Origin: Octopus vulgaris
Taxonomy: Eukaryota
Length of the DNA: 64,000 nucleotides
Assembly: GCA_951406725.2 (NCBI GenBank)
Contig: OX597814.1
Coordinates: 197,470,001 to 197,534,000, forward strand
Direction of reading: 5' to 3'
In this document: positions 12,919-24,627 of the stretch, in pieces
Numbering within the stretch: the first letter of the stretch is position 1
Layout of the letters: every line of letters begins with the position of its first letter
Notes under the pieces: model-generated
What the model was told of the DNA's origin: nothing
The model's input: the letters and a program-made list of their open reading frames with translations, nothing else
The model's database searches: none
Program-made: the position numbers and the translations under genes

Positions 12919-15900
12919 ATGTCTGGAAAGCAACAAACAAAATTAACAGAATCCGAAAGAATTCTAATGGAAATTTCATCGAAATTATCAACACTCATCA
13001 CGATGATTGACACACAATCCTCTATTTTAAAGGAAATAGAAAAACAGTCTACAGACGGAAAACTTGGAAATGAACACATAAACTCTGAAATTAAGAATTT
13101 AGCTGAAATGATACCAACAATTATAAAATCTACAAGAGAAAGCCTACCACAACCTCCTTGGATGTCAGAAATAAACGAAAGAAATCTGGAAAAAGAGGCA
13201 CACCGAAAAAGAGAAGAGATACAGAAGACATGGAAAAAACTCCTTAACATAAGAAAACAAAACTTCTGGAAGGCATATAAATGCGAAAAATATGCTGAAA
13301 TACATTCGAAATGGATATCTTTAGCGGCACCCATACTTCCTCGGAAGTACCTAATTAAAGAAATTGCAGGAGAACCAGAGGAAGAAACTAAACTTCGATG
13401 GGACCTTAGTTTGATAAAATTCAGGACCGACATCTCCATTACCCTGTCTAAACAATCCCGCTACAAAGCCAAATACGAAGCTATCGATGATCAAATCAGA
13501 GATGAAATATCCAAACTAACGACCGGCAATATAGCAGAAAAAATGCGAGAACTATGGATCAGAGATATCTCAAAAGAAGAAAGCAGATCAAGAAAGTTTT
13601 GGCAGCGGAAACAATTATTTCTCGACAAATATGCTACAAATTACGGTAAAGACACCAGAACTCCGAGAAATAGCATTAAAAGTGGACAACCTCACCAACG
13701 CAACATACACCAGAACACGTGGCAACATGAACACCCGTTTCACCACGAATCGAAGACGAACTACGGTAAGAACTCTTCCCATTTTGTATGCAAACACCCT
13801 AATGCACACAACATGAACAAAAAGCACAAACAAAATAGATATTGCTTTGAACAGACCATTAGCAGTAGAAATAACAGGAGATCATTTTCAAGACCTCAAC
13901 AGAGATTACCCACAAGAAACTGGACAAAAAACCGATCTAGATCTAGAAGTAAACCCAGATCATTTCTCCAGGTGGTTAAAAACAATGCTAACAAGAAATT
14001 GAAAAGTAGCATACATAATACCAAAAACAAGACAGAAAACATAACGAAACCAAGTAAAGTACCACAACCAAAACGCAAAATTCATCAAGCAAACATCAAC
14101 AGGAATATAAATCATAACCAGAAAAAAAATCCATTTTTTTACGTCAGGACAACAAACACCGGAGAAAGAAAAAATCCAAGAGGAAACATACCCCAAACAA
14201 CTGAACGTATAGATCCTAAAATAATTAATTTATCAAAAAGAGATCTTGACAATGATGAAATCCAACTTCTGTCAAAAGGACTGAAATTCACACCTACACC
14301 AACAGCCAACCACCAAGAATTAAAGGAGGATATCCAAAAATTCTGTCGAAAATTACGACTTGTAGAATTCTTCGCTAACAAAAGTAATGAGATTGATGAA
14401 TCCCTAGTAAGGAATAAATCAAATTTCACCCCACCAAAAGGAAGAAATAACTACCTTGACCAATACATTGATATCCTGTCTAAATTTCCCCTTAGACGCA
14501 ATACCAATGTTAGGCCAAACATTAGCAAATCAGAGATGTCTGCATGTAAACGTATACAAAACGATCAAACAATAATAATTAAACAAGCAGATAAAGGTGG
14601 TGCAATTGTTATTATGGATACCGAATACTATAAGGATTTGGTTGAAGACCAACTGAAGGATACAACCTTCTATTGTGAAATACCCGCAAATATAGACCAC
14701 CACATCATGAAAAAGATCAACAACCTGATTTCAACACACCACAACTCACTTACGGATAATGAAAAAGACTACATCACCAATTTTGAACCAAAACCCAGCA
14801 ACTTCTACGGCTTACCAAAAATACACAAATCAAAAAACATTCAACAGGCAGTAAAAGAACAAGAAAGTGAGTACATAAAATTATTACATCCAAAAGACCT
14901 AAAACTTAGACCTATTATAGCTGGTCCAGCATGCCCTACACACCGTCTAAGCAATTTTATTGACATTGTTTTGAAACCACTATGTACTTACATACCAAGT
15001 TTCATCAGGGATGACATCGACTTCCTGTCCCATCTTCCCAAAACAACAGAAACAAATTCAGTTTTACTAAGTTTTGATGTGGTAAGCCTCTACACCAATA
15101 TTCCACACGATTTAGGAATAAAGGCGATTAAATACTGGTTAGAAAAACATAGAGAAGTGATTCCCAGCAGATTCACAGTGCCATTTATATTAGACACAGT
15201 CAAACTTATTCTAGAAAATAACACATTCTTCTTCAATGGAAAGAATTACATCCAAATTAGAGGCACGGCGATGGGAACGAGGTTTGCTCCCGTTTACGCC
15301 AACTCTGTAATGGGATACTTAGAAGAACAACTCTACCAAGAGGTGGAGGTAAACTATGGCACTGGATTTAGAAAGTATATTGAAAAGGCATGGAAGAGAT
15401 ACCTAGACGACTGTTTCATAATCTGGACAGAATCTCTAAATACTCTGGAAGAGTTCAATATCCTCCTGAACAACCTACACCCATCTCTCAAATTTACAAA
15501 GGAGATGAGTAGTACCAAATTACCATTCCTGGATATAATGGTAATTAAAAAAGACACCACCATCACCACAGATATATACTATAAACACACAGACACACAT
15601 CAATACCTAAATTTTAAGTCGTGCCATCCACCACATACAAAACGTAACATCCCATACTGCCTAGCCAGAAGAATTTGTACTATTGTAGAAGATGCAAATA
15701 TCAGGAACAAACGCCTAATAGAACTAAGAGAATTTTTGCTCAAACAAAAATACCCATCTCTACTTATAGAAAATGGCATACAGCGGGCTATAAAAATACC
15801 TATACAACAACTTAGGACAACCCAAGGAAGAGGAAAACAAGAACAAGTCATACCATTCATAGTGACACACAACCCATGTCACCAGAATATCTTCAACATT

Positions 15901-16446
15901 GCCAAAGCAAACCTACCAATCATTGCCCAAAGTAATGAATTAAAAGACATAATCAAGGATCAAGTTATGGTGCTTAGTAAAAGACAGCCTAAAAACTTGA
16001 AAACATTACTGACAAAGGCAAAATTTGACCTCAGCAACAAAGACCAAACATTCACGGTATCTAAATGCAATGATAGCCGATGTGGCACATGCCAATTCAT
16101 ACATACCGGTCAATATATAAACACAAAAACCGGGAAAATATTCACAAACGCGAATATGAACTGCAAAAGCAGAAATTTAATTTACTGCATCAAATGCCCA
16201 AATTGTGAAGAAATATATGTAGGTCAGACGGGAAACGCACTATTAGAACGCTCACGTGTACACCGGCAACAGATTAGAGACCCAGAGGTCCGTCAGATAC
16301 CTTTGAGTAACCACCTAGCAACATGTGGTCGGAAAATATATATAATATTTCCATTCTACAAATTACACAGCCCAAGTGAAATCGAGAGGAAAATCAGAGA
16401 AAAGAATTTTATTGATAAATTCGAACCCAAGCTAAATAAGCAATAA
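12919..16446 (+). CDS. PLE polyprotein: helical N-terminal extension, basic linker, reverse transcriptase, Cys-rich linker, GIY-YIG endonuclease (1175 aa)
   Basis: IINLS..LLSKGLKFTP, ADKGGAIV, FYGLPKIHK, LRPII, SFDVVSLYTNIP, GTAMGTRFAP, WKRYLDDCF (YLDD 15400-15411), LPFLD, SCHP, CxxxCxxC-type linker CNDSRCGTC, NLIYCIKCPNCEEIYVGQT..R..H..H..RE; good start context CCAACATG. Confidence 0.95.
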   Translation: MSGKQQTKLTESERILMEISSKLSTLITMIDTQSSILKEIEKQSTDGKLGNEHINSEIKNLAEMIPTIIKSTRESLPQPPWMSEINERNLEKEAHRKREEIQKTWKKLLNIRKQNFWKAYKCEKYAEIHSKWISLAAPILPRKYLIKEIAGEPEEETKLRWDLSLIKFRTDISITLSKQSRYKAKYEAIDDQIRDEISKLTTGNIAEKMRELWIRDISKEESRSRKFWQRKQLFLDKYATNYGKDTRTPRNSIKSGQPHQRNIHQNTWQHEHPFHHESKTNYGKNSSHFVCKHPNAHNMNKKHKQNRYCFEQTISSRNNRRSFSRPQQRLPTRNWTKNRSRSRSKPRSFLQVVKNNANKKLKSSIHNTKNKTENITKPSKVPQPKRKIHQANINRNINHNQKKNPFFYVRTTNTGERKNPRGNIPQTTERIDPKIINLSKRDLDNDEIQLLSKGLKFTPTPTANHQELKEDIQKFCRKLRLVEFFANKSNEIDESLVRNKSNFTPPKGRNNYLDQYIDILSKFPLRRNTNVRPNISKSEMSACKRIQNDQTIIIKQADKGGAIVIMDTEYYKDLVEDQLKDTTFYCEIPANIDHHIMKKINNLISTHHNSLTDNEKDYITNFEPKPSNFYGLPKIHKSKNIQQAVKEQESEYIKLLHPKDLKLRPIIAGPACPTHRLSNFIDIVLKPLCTYIPSFIRDDIDFLSHLPKTTETNSVLLSFDVVSLYTNIPHDLGIKAIKYWLEKHREVIPSRFTVPFILDTVKLILENNTFFFNGKNYIQIRGTAMGTRFAPVYANSVMGYLEEQLYQEVEVNYGTGFRKYIEKAWKRYLDDCFIIWTESLNTLEEFNILLNNLHPSLKFTKEMSSTKLPFLDIMVIKKDTTITTDIYYKHTDTHQYLNFKSCHPPHTKRNIPYCLARRICTIVEDANIRNKRLIELREFLLKQKYPSLLIENGIQRAIKIPIQQLRTTQGRGKQEQVIPFIVTHNPCHQNIFNIAKANLPIIAQSNELKDIIKDQVMVLSKRQPKNLKTLLTKAKFDLSNKDQTFTVSKCNDSRCGTCQFIHTGQYINTKTGKIFTNANMNCKSRNLIYCIKCPNCEEIYVGQTGNALLERSRVHRQQIRDPEVRQIPLSNHLATCGRKIYIIFPFYKLHSPSEIERKIREKNFIDKFEPKLNKQ

Positions 16447-17114
16447 TAATAATACTTAGAGGTATTACTTCCACTGCTACGACCATGACCACTAACAACA
16501 ACAACAATACTAAAGGTGATCAAGACGAAGATAGCAGGAAAATTATCTTATTTAGGGTTAAAAGTTCTATTGCCACCACCATCACCACTAGCAACAATAA
16601 TTAAGGTGCTGACAATGATGATGATGACAATTGAAATATAAAAATATAAAAATCTCTGACAAAGGATATTTACAACATTTCTAAAAATAACCCAACAATT
16701 GCTGCTTCGGCCAGGGTCAAGATACAGGACTCTTGACCTGTCCAACAAAGCGTGATGCCTAAACCAATCAGCTCAACCAACCAATCAGCTTAAGTAATTG
16801 AGTGATACTATACACTGATTGGTCAGAATACAGTTTGCAAAACCTAGCACTCTGGAGCCTACCCAGCTGTATTTATAGCACAGAATCACTCATCTTGCTA
16901 CAGTCAAAAATTGTGAAGCATGACTGTCAACACTACTACATGAACCCGAAGATTGCAGAATTCAATGCATGAAAGTACTAGTTCAATCAGAATGAATATT
17001 TAACATTCTACTATTTCATTTTATTTTATTCAATTATAATATATTATCTTATAATATATCATTATAAGATTGTAAATAAAACGTGAAAATCAGACAAGGT
17101 TGGAATTCTTTTTA

Positions 17115-17123
<9 letters not shown>
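16253..17123 (+). repeat. 3' pseudo-LTR, ending in TATAT that runs into (TA)n
   Basis: Direct repeat of 11981-12851; AATAAA at 17075-17080. Confidence 0.95.
16941..16985 (+). ncRNA. Minimal hammerhead ribozyme, 3' pLTR copy
   Basis: Same sequence as 12669-12713. Confidence 0.75.
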
Positions 17124-17149
<26 letters not shown>

Positions 17150-17154
<5 letters not shown>

Positions 17155-17462
17155 TTAGTGAATTGAAGAAATGGAGTTGAACGAAGATTGAACAGAAATC
17201 GTTTTATTGCATTCTACACGTGTTTCGAAAGGCACAATTTACCAATTCCGATTGAATAAGGAGACCATATTGTGTCTTTCTCTTCAGGAAGAAATAGGAA
17301 ATCCGTTGGAAAAAACAAAAACAGAACAGAGGCGGAGCAAAACAAATCGAACGAGGCTCCTAAGAGCCCATGGCCAAACTGTCTTCTGCTGTGATTTTTG
17401 CTACCAAGGTATCGGTTAAACTTTTGATTAATCTGCAACAAGATTATTCATCTTTCTATTTC

Positions 17463-17465
<3 letters not shown>
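17150..17465 (-). mobile_element. 3' tail of an unrelated PLE-like element inserted in the same (TA)n
   Basis: Bounded by (TA)n on both sides; minus strand has hammerhead, then AATAAA (17203-17208), then ~55 nt, then (TA)n. Confidence 0.7.
17212..17290 (-). ncRNA. Hammerhead ribozyme with canonical core and long stem II
   Basis: Minus: TTC-CTGAAGA-GAAAGACACAAT..30 nt..ATTGTGCCTTTC-GAAA-CACGTG-TA-GAA; stem II 11/12 bp, palindrome ACACGTGT, GUA cleavage triplet. Confidence 0.8.
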
Positions 17466-17501
<36 letters not shown>

Positions 17502-17855
17502 CGGGCTTCTTTCAGTTTCCGTCTACCAAATATATATATTCTTTTACTCTTTTACTTGTTTCAGTCATTTGACTGCGGGCTTTGGTCGACCCGAGGCTAT
17601 AGTAGAAGACACTTACCTAAGGTGCCACGCAGTGGGACTGAACCCAGAACCATGTGGTTGGTAAGCAAGCTATTTACCACACAGCCACTCATAACCAGAG
17701 CCAAGCTCAAATTGTTTTTGTTTTTGTTTTACGTATTTACTACGGATTGCTGGAAGCTAACTTTGTTCCTACACCTCGACTCCTGGATCTTAGATTTATA
17801 TATCACTTGTTCATAATTTAGTGAACGCTGTGTGGAAGACACGGAAATAGAGAAA

Positions 17856-17960
17856 ATGAAATTAAACTTGTCGGTTAAGGATATCCCACTTACCAACAAA
17901 AACGAGTACATGATACTCATTATTCCCGCAACAAACAAATTGATTCGACAGATGCGATTC
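17856..17960 (+). pseudogene. N-terminal fragment of a second, different PLE ORF
   Basis: MKLNLSVKDIPLTNKNEYMILIIPATNKLIRQMRF resembles the xSxKNIP...Y...LI...IxRMRW N-terminal motif I recall from Naiad-type PLE proteins; a hammerhead-like motif follows. Confidence 0.5.
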
Positions 17961-18033
17961 TGCTTGAATCTTCCTTGCGTCGAAGTGTACCTCCTTGCGA
18001 CAATGTAACCTTTAATCTAATCAAGATATCCTT

Positions 18034-18071
18034 GGCCTGAAGAGGTTCCCCTCGCTATGAAACATGTAACC
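18034..18071 (+). ncRNA. Degenerate minimal hammerhead
   Basis: GGC-CTGAAGA-(15 nt, weak stem II)-GAAA-CATG-TA-ACC; palindrome ACATGT; (TA)n starts ~35 nt later. Confidence 0.5.
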
Positions 18072-18101
18072 CGGATCTTTTCTACTCCACTCCGTAACGC
18101 T

Positions 18102-18166
<65 letters not shown>

Positions 18167-18254
18167 TTGTGTATATATATATGTGTATAAGAATGTGTGT
18201 GTTTGTGTATATATATATGTGTGTATGTGTGTTTGTATATATGTATATATATAT

Positions 18255-18485
18255 ATTTCTTTACTACCCAAAAGGGGCCAAACACAGAGGGGACAAACAA
18301 GGACAGACAAAGGGATTAAGTCGATTACATCGACCCCAGTGCGTAACTGGTACTTAATTTATCGACCCCGAAAGGATGAAAGGCAAAGTCGACCTCGGCG
18401 GAATTTGAACTCGGAACGTAACGACAGACGAAATACGGCTACGCAGGTCGCCCGGCGTGCTAACGTTTCTGCCAGCTCGCCGCCT
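18255..18485 (-). mobile_element. SINE family B
   Basis: Minus: GGCGGCGAGCTGGCAGAAACGTTAGCACG...GAGTTCAAATTCC (B-box) ...GCCTTTCATCCTTTCGGGGTCGATAAATTAAGTACCAG; recurs at 28712-28917, 32185-32576, 32713-32930, 47156-47570. Confidence 0.85.
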
Positions 18486-18489
18486 ACAT

Positions 18490-18598
18490 ATATATATGTA
18501 TATATATATGTGTGTTTGTATATATGTATATATATATATATATGTGTATGTGTGTTTGTGTATATATATATATATATATGTGTATGTGTGTTTGTGTG

Positions 18599-18639
<41 letters not shown>

Positions 18640-18650
18640 ATTTGTGTATT

Positions 18651-18707
<57 letters not shown>

Positions 18708-19065
18708 ATTTGTGTATTTATATATGTATATATATATATATATATGTGTGTGTATTTGTGTATTTATATATGTATATATATATATATATATATATGTGTA
18801 TTTGTGTAATTATATATGTATATATATATATGTGTGTATTTGTGTAATTATATATGTATATATATATATATGTGTGTATTTGTGTATTTATATATGTATA
18901 TATATATGTGTGTGTGTGTGTGTGTTTGTGTATTTATATATGTATATATATATGTGTGTGTTTGTGTATTTATATATGTATATATATGTGTGTGTGTGTT
19001 TGTGTATTTATATATGTATATATATATGTGTGTGTGTCTTTGTATTTATATATGTATATATATAA
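18490..19065. repeat. Compound (TA)/(TG) microsatellite with higher-order unit TTTGTGTATTTATATATGTATATA..
   Basis: Direct inspection; source of many spurious YI/CV ORFs. Confidence 0.9.
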
Positions 19066-19341
19066 TTATATGGCTGGATGATGTCGGTGTATATATATAT
19101 ATATGAATGTAATAATATTTATGCAATATTATCAATTTAATTAATTTCACAACAGCCAACACGCTACCTAAAGATTTCGCTTTCAAGGACTTTTCAAGTG
19201 TGGAAATGTAAATTCATAGTCTTCAAGAATGGTCGGATGGAACAGATCAAATTAGTATTATATGCATAACATATCCACTCTATTACCTGATGTACGACTG
19301 AGAAATCTGATTTCAGTAAACACACACACACACACACACAT

Positions 19342-19393
<52 letters not shown>

Positions 19394-19405
19394 GTGTGTG
19401 TGTGT

Positions 19406-19682
19406 GGAGGCGCAATGGCCAAGTGGCTAGGGTTGTAGGATCGATTCCCAGACCGGGCGTTGTGAGTGTTTATTGAGCGAAAACACTTGAAGCTCCACAA
19501 AGCTCCGGCAGAGGGTGGTGGCGATCCCTGCTGTACACTTCCGCCGCAACTTCCTTTTACTCTTTCTTCTGTTGGCCTGCTCGCTTAGCCAGCGGAGTGG
19601 CGTCATTTGAAGGCTAAAACAATGCGAACACATAGTGACCAGCGTTGTGTAAAACATCTGATGGTCTGATCGGTCACGTGAT

Positions 19683-19777
<95 letters not shown>

Positions 19778-20040
19778 GAGGCGTAATGGCCAAGTGTTTA
19801 GGGCAGCGGACTCGTAGTCGTAGGATCGCGGTTTCCATTCCCAAACCGGGCGTTGTGAGTGTTTATTGAGCGAAAACACCTAAAGCTCCACGAAGATCCG
19901 GCAGGGGAAGGGGGGCGATCCCTGCTGTACACTTTTGCCACAACTTCCTTTTACTCTTTGAAGACTAAAACAATGGGAAGCGCATTGTGACCAGCGATGT
20001 GTAGCAACATCTGATAGCCTGGTCGGTCACGGTGATCACG

Positions 20041-20045
<5 letters not shown>
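19406..20045 (+). mobile_element. Two adjacent copies of SINE family C (tRNA-like head GGAGGCGCAATGGCC.AGTGG.TAGG)
   Basis: 19406-19690 and 19777-20045 are homologous to each other and to 48205-48510 and 44940-45298. Confidence 0.75.
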
Positions 20046-20099
<54 letters not shown>

Positions 20100-20261
20100 G
20101 ACAGGCTTCTTTCAGTTTCTGTCTACCAAATCCACTCACAAGGCATTGGTCGGCCCGGGGCTATAGCAGAAGACACTTGCCCAAGATGCCACGCAGTGGG
20201 ACTGAACCCGGAACCATGTGGTTGGTTAGCAAGCTACTTACCACACAGCCACTCCTGCGCC

Positions 20262-20308
<47 letters not shown>

Positions 20309-20412
20309 TGATATTATATGACGATCACTGTAAATGATCTATGCAATATGTTGTTGATGGTAGAAAAAATATGGATACATACCAAATTTTAATACTTATA
20401 CGCGCGCGTGTA

Positions 20413-20463
<51 letters not shown>

Positions 20464-22834
20464 GCATACTTGCACTCAGAAATTGACATTTATCATTCTT
20501 TCCTCTTGCGTAACTTCTTTCAATATCTTTTGTCTGTTTTTTTTTTCTTTATCCGAAAATTTAACCAACTTTGAATTTAATCTCTTATTGACATTTAAAC
20601 TGACGTCAGGAGTCGTGAGTGTGTCGAGAATTCCTACTATTTAATGAGAATTATCTCACTTTTCTCTGATGTACTTTTTTTAGTTATATAATCGAGAAAT
20701 CACATTGGGTATTACAGCAGTAGACACTCCATACAGCACTAATATCTCTTTCCACCAAAAATGGTTTCTGTATATTTACACCAAATTCTTCGCTGAATTG
20801 TATTTGTAACTTATATCCATAGATATATCTGTATTAAAAATGTCAATCCTTTTAACCCCTTGGCTAAAATCTCTGTTCTCTTTTATGATAATAAAATGAT
20901 GAGAGAAGCATTCCATACTTTTCTGTGCTTCCATACATCTTTTATATGGCGACAGATGGCTTTCTCTTGTTCTTTTAATTCGACATGCTTATTCAACTCT
21001 AATGTAATCGCAGATAAATTAGTTATAACAAGACTTGTCATACCGACAGCAAAAACAAAAGTCCTGTTGTTTTTGTTGCTGTTGGTGGTGGTCGTGGTCG
21101 TGGTCGTCATCATTGTAATGGCGTCGGTTGTGGCGGTGGCGGTGCTGATGGTGTTTCGTTGTCGTTTTATTTAAATGAACTTCATTCGTGATACGCGTCT
21201 CACTATTGATAGTCACGCTAATCTAATTTATATAATCTCTTAAATAAATACTGCACTCAGAATGAACATTAATAAAATAAAAACTTTCGTTATTACAAAA
21301 ATCACCAGACGTGTATAAATATTCTACAACATATGGAATATCTACATAAGTATTCTCGAAGACACGTGTACTCTGGCAGCAACTTGAACTACAGAAAATG
21401 TATGCTTTCTAAATGTCTATAACGAATAACTGTGGATGCCAGAGAGACTGGATGACAAAACTTGCGGCATCAGAAAAGCTAGATGAGACAGACATACATA
21501 AATGTCGACTGCTTTGATGCTGAGCTTTCGTTCTTTTTACCGTGACTTGGTGAAATGCATTAAATTTAATGCCAATGCAACTGTTATCATTTACCATCAA
21601 GCTAGACATGTAACACAATCTATGAAAACTCAGACAAAATTTCCATTGGAAGAATGCCAAATGTTTTAGTGCCAAATTTTCTGTGAAGAACACTTTTATG
21701 CATTAATACTGTTTTAATCTCATAAGTTAAATTTTAAGTGTGAAATTCCATTTATATGGACAATGCTTCAATCGTAGATTTTAAAAAACCATACATTTTT
21801 CTCTTTCACATCTTCTTGCCCTTTTATTATTCCTATAACGTTTCATTCAGGGGACGATAGCACAGTAAAAATCTGTAGAACTTTACGTACACTTTCAGCA
21901 TGTAAATAGTTTTCATTTCGTAAGTAAATATTATTGTTAAATATATATATGTAATAAAGGCCATAGAAGCTCTTTCACCATTTTCACTTGACAACGTAAT
22001 TACAATTATGTTATCTCTTCTCCAGAGGAAAATAAAATAAAAAGGCATCTATTGTAATTGCTTTTCTTCTTTACATTCTCGATTATATTGCAATGCTTCG
22101 ACTGTCTAAAGATACAGCAACATTAGAAAGCGTAAGACATGTTTCTTATACAATTTATTCTTTCTAAATAGCGATTGGTTTGGTTTATGTCATTATTTTA
22201 TGAATTTATGATAAGCATGGTTTAAAGGTTTCTTGAAGTAAATTTACAAATATAAAACTGTAAGAGTTTCCAACCTGAGGTTAGCACACTGGGCAAAGTA
22301 CTTAGCGACATTTCGCCTGTCCTTACGTTCTGTCTTTCATTCCTTCGGGGTCGATAAAAATGTACGAGTTGAGCACTGGAGTCGATATAGTCTACTTATT
22401 TCCTCCCACGAACTTGTTAGACTTCTGCCAACATTTTAAACCAATATTAACATATATCAAGACAGGAAGCTAGTAAAATCGTTACCGCACCGGGCAAAAT
22501 TTTCGTCTGTCTTTACGTTTTGAGTTCAAACTACACCGAGGTAGACTTTGCCTAGCATCTCCCCGAGGTCGATAAAAGAAGTACCAGTGAACGCTGGGGT
22601 CGGTATTATCGATTTACTTCTTCCCCCGATATTGCTGAAATTTTGACAAAAATTGAAAGCAACAATAAAATCTATATTTTATAGGCGTAGGAGTGGCTGT
22701 GTGGTAAGTAGCTTGCTTACGAGCCACATGGTTCCGGGTTCAGTCCCACTGCGTGGCACCTTGGGCAAGGGTCTTCTACTATAGCTTTGGGCCAACCAAA
22801 GCCTTGTGAGTGGATTTGGTGGACAGAAACTGAA

Positions 22835-23885
22835 ATGGTAGCTTGTTCCATGGGGCTGTGATACGGACCGAGAATGGGGCCTTCCGCCTGTTGAGTCGAA
22901 AGTGTCGGGGATAGAGTTTGTGATCATGCCCACGAAGGCCTCTATCCGGTGCATGGGTGAAAAACTCCGCAGATGGAAGGTTTACATTGCCGTTGAAGCT
23001 TTTGAAAGCCAGGATTAGATCTCCCTGCATCCTCCGCCGTTCGAGTGAAGGTAATGCCAGCCGTTGGAGAAGTTCCACAAGCCCGCGACCGTTCCAGGTA
23101 CTGGATGCCTTTCTGGAGATATGCGTTTGAGGTATGGATGCAATATTCGAGGATGGGTCGAACTAGAGTGGCGTATAATGACTGAAAGGCGTCTATTGAA
23201 AGGTTGACAAAGGACCGGCGAATGAGTAAAAGATTCCTTCTGGCTTTGTTCGCCGCCTCGATACACTGCCGCGTTGGTTTGAAAGTAGTATCGATCATTA
23301 TGCCAAGATCCTTTTCTTCAGTGACCATCTTAGGATGTTGGTGTTTGAGGCCAATAGTCAAGGGAGAATTTGGAGGTGAATCTATTGTAAAATGGCTGCA
23401 TTTTGAGGCGTTCAACGGCAGATCCCATTCTCCCGCCCAAACTCAAGTCGTATTGATTTCTTGGCGAGACTAGTTTGATGTCTCTACCATGAAGAATATT
23501 TGGCAGGTCGTTGATATAGAGAAGGAAAAGTATTGACCCTAGCACCGACCTCCGGGGAACGTCGCTGCGGGCATTCGTCTCCGCGGAGAGATCTCCATTT
23601 ATCTGCACCCGAAAGGTTCGATGGCTCAGGAAGGAAGGAATCCACAGAATCACCAATGGGTGAATATTGTATGCTTGATGTTTGCGCAAGAGAAGTCGGT
23701 GGTTAACGGAGTCAAACGCCTTTGCGAAGTCCAAAAGTTCCACTTCCACCGAGTCTTTTTTCATCCATAGCCCTTGTAATCCACTCTTCAAGAAGGAGAA
23801 GATTTGTTAGGCAAGATCTTCGGCCTATAAATCCATGTTTCGAGTGATATATAGCATTTGAAAGGAGATGGATCATCCTCAAGCA
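22835..23885 (-). pseudogene. Decayed CR1-group LINE 3' part (RT and C-terminus)
   Basis: HGFIGRRSCLTNLL, LDFAKAFDSVNHRLLLRK, SVLGSILFLLYINDLP, EKDLGI, LVRPILEYC, LERRRMQGDLILAFK, RGLRGHDHKL, FSVRITAPWNKLP across frameshifted ORFs. Confidence 0.9.
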
Positions 23886-24558
23886 AATTGACTTTATTTT
23901 TCTACTTAAGGTACCATTGAACATTAGTGACCAAACAATAACTCGTCCTGTAACTTTCCCAAAATGAACAAAAAATACTGGATTTCAGTTTTAATACTTA
24001 CTAAACGAAAAACGAAGTTTCAGATGGAGTTAATTTCAAATAATTGAGTACTGATCCAGTTTATCAGTTAACTTAAGATTTCAGTGAATAAATCTACAAA
24101 TAATAAAACCGGAAGATTACTATGCAGTACAAAGTTTAGTTTGGTTTTATGGAAACACTCAAAGGATAATGGTATATTCCAATAAGATGTCTCCTAATAG
24201 AATTCGGTGCCAGAACACAACAGATAATTTGAAATACAGAAGCAACAATTATTTTCGTCAAATATTGTAGATTGAATATAGACGGATAGATACGCACGCG
24301 CACACACACACACACACATAAAGTACAAAACATTTATGTGCGTTTGTATGTGTGTGTGTGCGTATGTGTCACTTTTTTCTGCGTGTGTGTACACACAGTC
24401 AAGCATATATATATATGCAAATATACAAACATGTATTTATATATATATATGTGTATGTGTAAATATATATATATATATATATACACACACAAATATACAA
24501 ACAAGTATATATATATGCGCGTGTGTCTCTCTTTCTAGGTGTGTATACACACACTTAA

Positions 24559-24627
<69 letters not shown>

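Larger units (their letters stand above)
11981..17123 (+). mobile_element. Full-length Penelope-like retroelement (Neptune-type) with direct pseudo-LTRs
   Basis: RT+GIY-YIG ORF, 871-bp direct repeats offset by 4272 bp, a hammerhead in each repeat, microsatellite flanks, no conventional TSD seen. Confidence 0.95.

Noticed and set aside
14122-14141. A8 and T7A runs at the linker/RT boundary as a programmed frameshift site
   Set aside because: The ORF is already continuous here and TTTTTTA is not in X XXY YYZ phase with it; only comparison with other copies could revive the idea
12919-16446. Selenocysteine recoding as reported for some PLE clades
   Set aside because: No in-frame TGA; ORF ends TAA TAA TAA
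11981-17123. LTR retrotransposon
   Set aside because: Repeats include the ORF 3' end, lack TG..CA ends, PBS and PPT; no gag/protease/integrase; endonuclease is GIY-YIG
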